Below are positions 59,542 to 64,000 of a DNA stretch of 64,000 nucleotides, piece after piece. Both the position numbers and the translations under genes were made by a program. The notes beneath the pieces are model-generated. The model ran no database searches. It was not told the DNA's origin and worked only from the letters and a program-made list of their open reading frames with translations. The DNA comes from Leucoraja ocellata. Its lineage: Eukaryota. Numbering within the stretch: position 1 is the first letter of the stretch; each line of letters starts with the position of its first letter. The DNA lies in contig JAWMAR010000009.1 in assembly GCA_036785375.1 (NCBI GenBank), positions 8,928,001-8,992,000 on the forward strand. Direction: 5' to 3'.

Positions 59542-62282
59542 GTAAGTCTGACCTTTCCTCTACCAACATTCTATGTCGATGGGAGTTATGGGATTCAGTA
59601 GGAAGAAGTATTAAATGAAATTTTCTGTTGCATTTCCAAAGTGAGTATTGGCTTAATCCTGCGGTTGAAGTTGATTTAGTGTTGCTGATCAAATTGCTGA
59701 ATGTTTGCTCTGATCTATTTACCTTAGCTGTATGATCATATTTTATAAAAGATGTATTTCTATTTCACACTTGACAAAATTAAAGATTTTATCAATGAGA
59801 TTCTTATCCTGTGTTTTGATCATAAATTTGTCAATTGCCAAGTAGATTAAAACTTCCCAAGATCATAATGTGCAGTGAAGAATAATGCATGCTGCAATTT
59901 CTTGGAATATTTTGTTGCAACTGTAATTTCATCTCCTTCAATGGAATTCATTCCACTCTAAATTTAATAAAACCCTACCTTAGTTTATTTGATGCCTTTC
60001 CTGTGGCTATCACATGGACAATGTTAATGCTAATGCCTGTCATGCATTTTGAGGTCAGTATTTTGAGATGTGACTTGATGATGTGAATTTTTGAGCATCA
60101 GTAATATTACGAAACTGAGCTTATATTGATGCAAAAAATTGCACTTTGTAGAAATTAAGGGTTCAAATAAAAACGAATTTAGTTTTGTAACATGAAGTTG
60201 GGAGATAAAATGGCTGTTTCCTTCATCAATCATATAGTGAAATTCAACTAAAGTAGCTGAAAATTTAAATTCAAACAATTAAACATCTGGAATTGGAAGT
60301 ACAGCTCATATCTGTAATGATGACTGAACTATCATGTTATTGTTAAAAAGCTATCATTTTGTTTGTTGGTGACATTCAGGGAAGAACATTTGACATCCTT
60401 TCTTTGTGTGACTTATGTGAATCCTGCCCATCAATATAGTTGACTTAAATGTATATTGTATAGTCGGGGCCAACTGAGGATGGATAATAAATCGCACCCT
60501 TATCAGTGACATTCAAATCCTGAGGATTAACACAAGGCCATTTACCGAGTTACGGCATTGCCCAGGTGGTCATTCTTCATCTTTTAGTCTCAATGGTCAG
60601 AGTTCACATGATGAAATAATACAAATTTCCACAAATCCGACAATAAGTAAAAATTGTGCTTCTATATAACTCCATACACAATGAGATGTCGTGAGGTAAT
60701 TAACACCACTATTATTGTACAAATATTGGGTGCTGTGTCACAGCTTAAAACAGGCTTTCATTGTTCTAAAGATAAATTAACCCAATCTCCCTCTGCTGAC
60801 TTTTGCTGGCATTTTCTATTTAAAAAAAGGCTGCCATAATTACTTTAAATAATAACAAAATTAAAAGCAGGAAAATGAATCAAATACTTTTTCTTGGTCT
60901 CTAAGGTTGGAACATGCATTCAAATATTGGGAGGTCAGATCCTGTGCTGGGTCTATTGTGCACGGAGTCGGAGAAGCTGACTTCCCAGAGTAATTCAGTA
61001 GAGGTCCACAGTGTCCTTCATTGTCTGGCTCTGCTTTTGAAATCCATGTGGAGCCCTGTGATGGATTGGCATGACAGATGTACCAGCATTTGTCACTCGG
61101 CAACACCTGGACCTGCAGTGGTCCATGTAAGGCAGCGAACAGCTGCACGTCTGTCACAGATGACATGAATCGGCTCACTGACGGGAAACAAAAGAGCAAG
61201 ATTTGGAGCGCAATATGGAACTCTGCATGCAGGTTGCATGGTGGCACAGCAGTTGGTGGTGCTGTTTCACAGGTCAGGGGAGCTGGATTGAATTGCAACC
61301 TGAAGTCCTGTCAGTGCAAAGTTTACACATTCTCCCAGACTGAGTGGGTTTCATTTCTGTGGACTGGTTTCATCCCAGTCCTAAAGACACGTTAGCACAT
61401 TAAATAACAACCATAAATTACCTCTAAGTGTAGGTTAATGACAAAAAGAATCGAAGGTTATGTGTATGAAAGAATAAATTAATCTAATACGGGGAAGTAT
61501 GAGGAGGGAAATGAAACTATTGGGATTGCTCCCTTGGGATAACCAAATTCGCTGAACAGTTTTTTTTTGTTTTTTTTGTTTGTTTCAAGCACACTTAGCA
61601 TTTACTGGGGAAGTTTAACAATACTCTATGTTCATATATCCCTTTGGCATGGAAAGAGTACTTCATCCCATTGTCGCTATGCTGGCTTACTGAGCTATTA
61701 CCTGTCCCATTAATTTAATTTGACATGAACTTTCATGTGTTGGGGATATGGAAGGAAGCTAGGGCATTCCTGGGTGAAACCCACACTATCACTGGAAGAA
61801 TGTGTATGTTCCACACTCATGGTACCGGAGGTCAGGTATTGAACCTGCTGGAGCTGCGGTACTTGACATCACTGCACTGAGCTAATACCGAATTAGTGCA
61901 AGTAGTTTTGGTTATAACCTAATATATTGTAAAGTCCCTTGAAGCATATTTGGGGAAATTGAAAGTGGCCACTGACTGTGTTCCTAATGCTTAGATACTG
62001 CAGTGTGCTTATAAATCAGGTTTAAATCTTAAACTTGATATCTGTCATTAATAATGATACCTCTGTGTTTGCAAGAATACCTTTTTTCTGCTTAATTTGT
62101 TACATTGTACCATATTTCTTGCTGAGGTTGTGGAGTACGTTTTGGAAACGACCTTTTGGAAATTATAATGTATAATTGTGAAAATGTAACTGAGGAAAAA
62201 CGTGAGAATTTTTAATCCTGGAATATTGTAACTGAATTTAGTTTTAAGAGTATTTAACAGAATTGGCCCTGTTCCTCTGCAG

Positions 62283-62402
62283 GTCTCTGGCGCTGATCCT
62301 CCCAAACCTGGCAGCAGCTTCGGTCATTTTGGCTTTGATGAGCAGCTGATGCACCAGATTCGAAAGTCAGAATACACGCAGCCTACACCTATACAATGTC
62401 AG
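62283..62402 (+). CDS. DDX42: DDX42 exon (VSGADPPKPGSSFGHFGFDEQ...YTQPTPIQCQ), Q motif
   Basis: 120 nt, ctgcag/gtaaga. Confidence 0.95.
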
Positions 62403-62659
62403 GTAAGAGACTGGCTCTCACTTGCGTCGTCATCTTCCTTCGCTGTTCTACTGCCCATAGAATGTTTTTATTTTACATTTTGGTAACAGAAACACCCACA
62501 ATCTGCCTTGCCATATGTACTTTCATCATTGTACAGCAATGCTTATAATTAGAATAATTGAATATAACAATTTGGCTTCTAAATATAATACACTACATTA
62601 TGAATTCAATCCTTCCTGTCCCCCTCCCAGGGAGAAAATAATGTTCTAATGTTTATTAA

Positions 62660-62860
<201 letters not shown>

Positions 62861-63782
62861 TAATGATAGAGATCATGGAAGCAGCTCAAATCTATGCACC
62901 ACTGGCAGCAAGTGAAGCATTGATGAGAAACATAGTAAATGTCTGAATGGTGGAATCTGTATCATCTAAGCCTTTGAAAATAATATTTCTGTCGACTTTA
63001 AAGTTGTGTCTTTGATTCTTCATTTTTTTAAATCCTCATTTATGAATAATTAGCAGAATTGTTGAAAAGGAAACGTGGCACGTGGTTAAAAGTACAATGT
63101 TCATAATTTGAAGTAAATCAGGAAGCAGTCGTTAACATCTGTCTAATGAAAGGCTCTGACTTTTTACCACGCCAGATGTTGGCTGATGAAATTGTTTCGC
63201 GAATTTTCTTTCTTTTTTTTTTGTATCTACCTAATTTGTATACACCTTCTTTACTTGTAGACATGCCATTCTGAACTTTAAGAGGTTGCACACTTGTTTT
63301 ATTTGTGTAGAAATGGCCTCGCATTCAGTTGAACATGTCATGTGTTTATCTTTCACGTGAGTGATGGCCCCAATTCCACAATCTACCCTCTTGCTGTATC
63401 CTTGTATGTTCATTTCACCGCTACAGAGCTACAAACTATGTCAATGTGCTCAAATCAAAATACTGTACATGCTAGAAATATAAAATAAAACAAAATGCTG
63501 AAAGCAGCATGTTTGGATAGAGAATCTGTGGTTATTGTGAACTCTTGTTCCTTTTTACTAATGATAACTAATCCAATATGCAAGGTATTAGTTTAATGAG
63601 CTTCCATGACGGTTGTCTTGTTTCTTGGATTGATGACATTGAAAGTTCATTCCTAGTCACAAAATTCCGTTGCAGTATTTCACATCTAGGTCTTTCTGGG
63701 TTATGTGGGTTTGAATTATTAATTATTGGGCATTAAGGTTTTTCCTAAATTCATGTATACAACGGGATAAGTAATACCCTGA

Positions 63783-63905
63783 AGTAAAGGAATGGGGATA
63801 TGTCACCCATTATTTCTCTCCAGAGATGCTGCCTGTCCTGTTGAGTTACTCCAGCTTTTTGTCCATCTTCAGTTTAAACCAGAATCTGCAGTTCCTTCCA
63901 ATACA
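63783..63905 (+). mobile_element. Penelope-like insertion, 14-bp TSD AAGTAATACCCTGA
   Basis: TSD at 63769-63782 and 63906-63919; short inverted piece plus direct pLTR tail. Confidence 0.75.
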
Positions 63906-64000
63906 AAGTAATACCCTGATTCTCTTAACATGTTGCACTTGTTGATGCTGTTAACTTGGCATCTAGCAGGTCACTATGAACACAGATCTTTAGAGCACAT

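Overview
Vertebrate genomic DNA, most likely a cartilaginous fish (skate/ray-like, inferred from the CR1/HER1 LINE, V-type SINE and Penelope repeat content). Three split genes were reconstructed by hand from splice sites and reading phase. (1) A myosin essential light chain, most likely MYL4 (minus strand; exons 1-4 at 6798->2253, remaining exons not found and probably left of the window). (2) A near-complete STRADA pseudokinase gene (minus strand; putative non-coding exon 1 ending at 49561, ATG 42389, stop 15236; one N-terminal exon is uncertain). (3) The 5' half of DDX42 (plus strand; putative non-coding exon 1 ending at 50280, ATG 52236, eight coding exons to 62854). STRADA and DDX42 share a CpG-island bidirectional promoter, with no CCDC47 between them. 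Most other ORFs in the supplied track are spurious or TE-derived. The most striking non-genic signals are: many Penelope-like pLTR fragments carrying a minimal hammerhead-ribozyme core (four with an intact core, one sense in DDX42 intron 1); a family of four ultra-short (15-44 bp) palindromic insertions with CAAAGAT...ATCTTTG ends and perfect 8-bp target-site duplications; an IR-DR Tc1 element just past the STRADA stop; a complete non-autonomous Helitron; and substitutions at functional STRADA motifs (Lys197->Gln equivalent, WEF->WDF).
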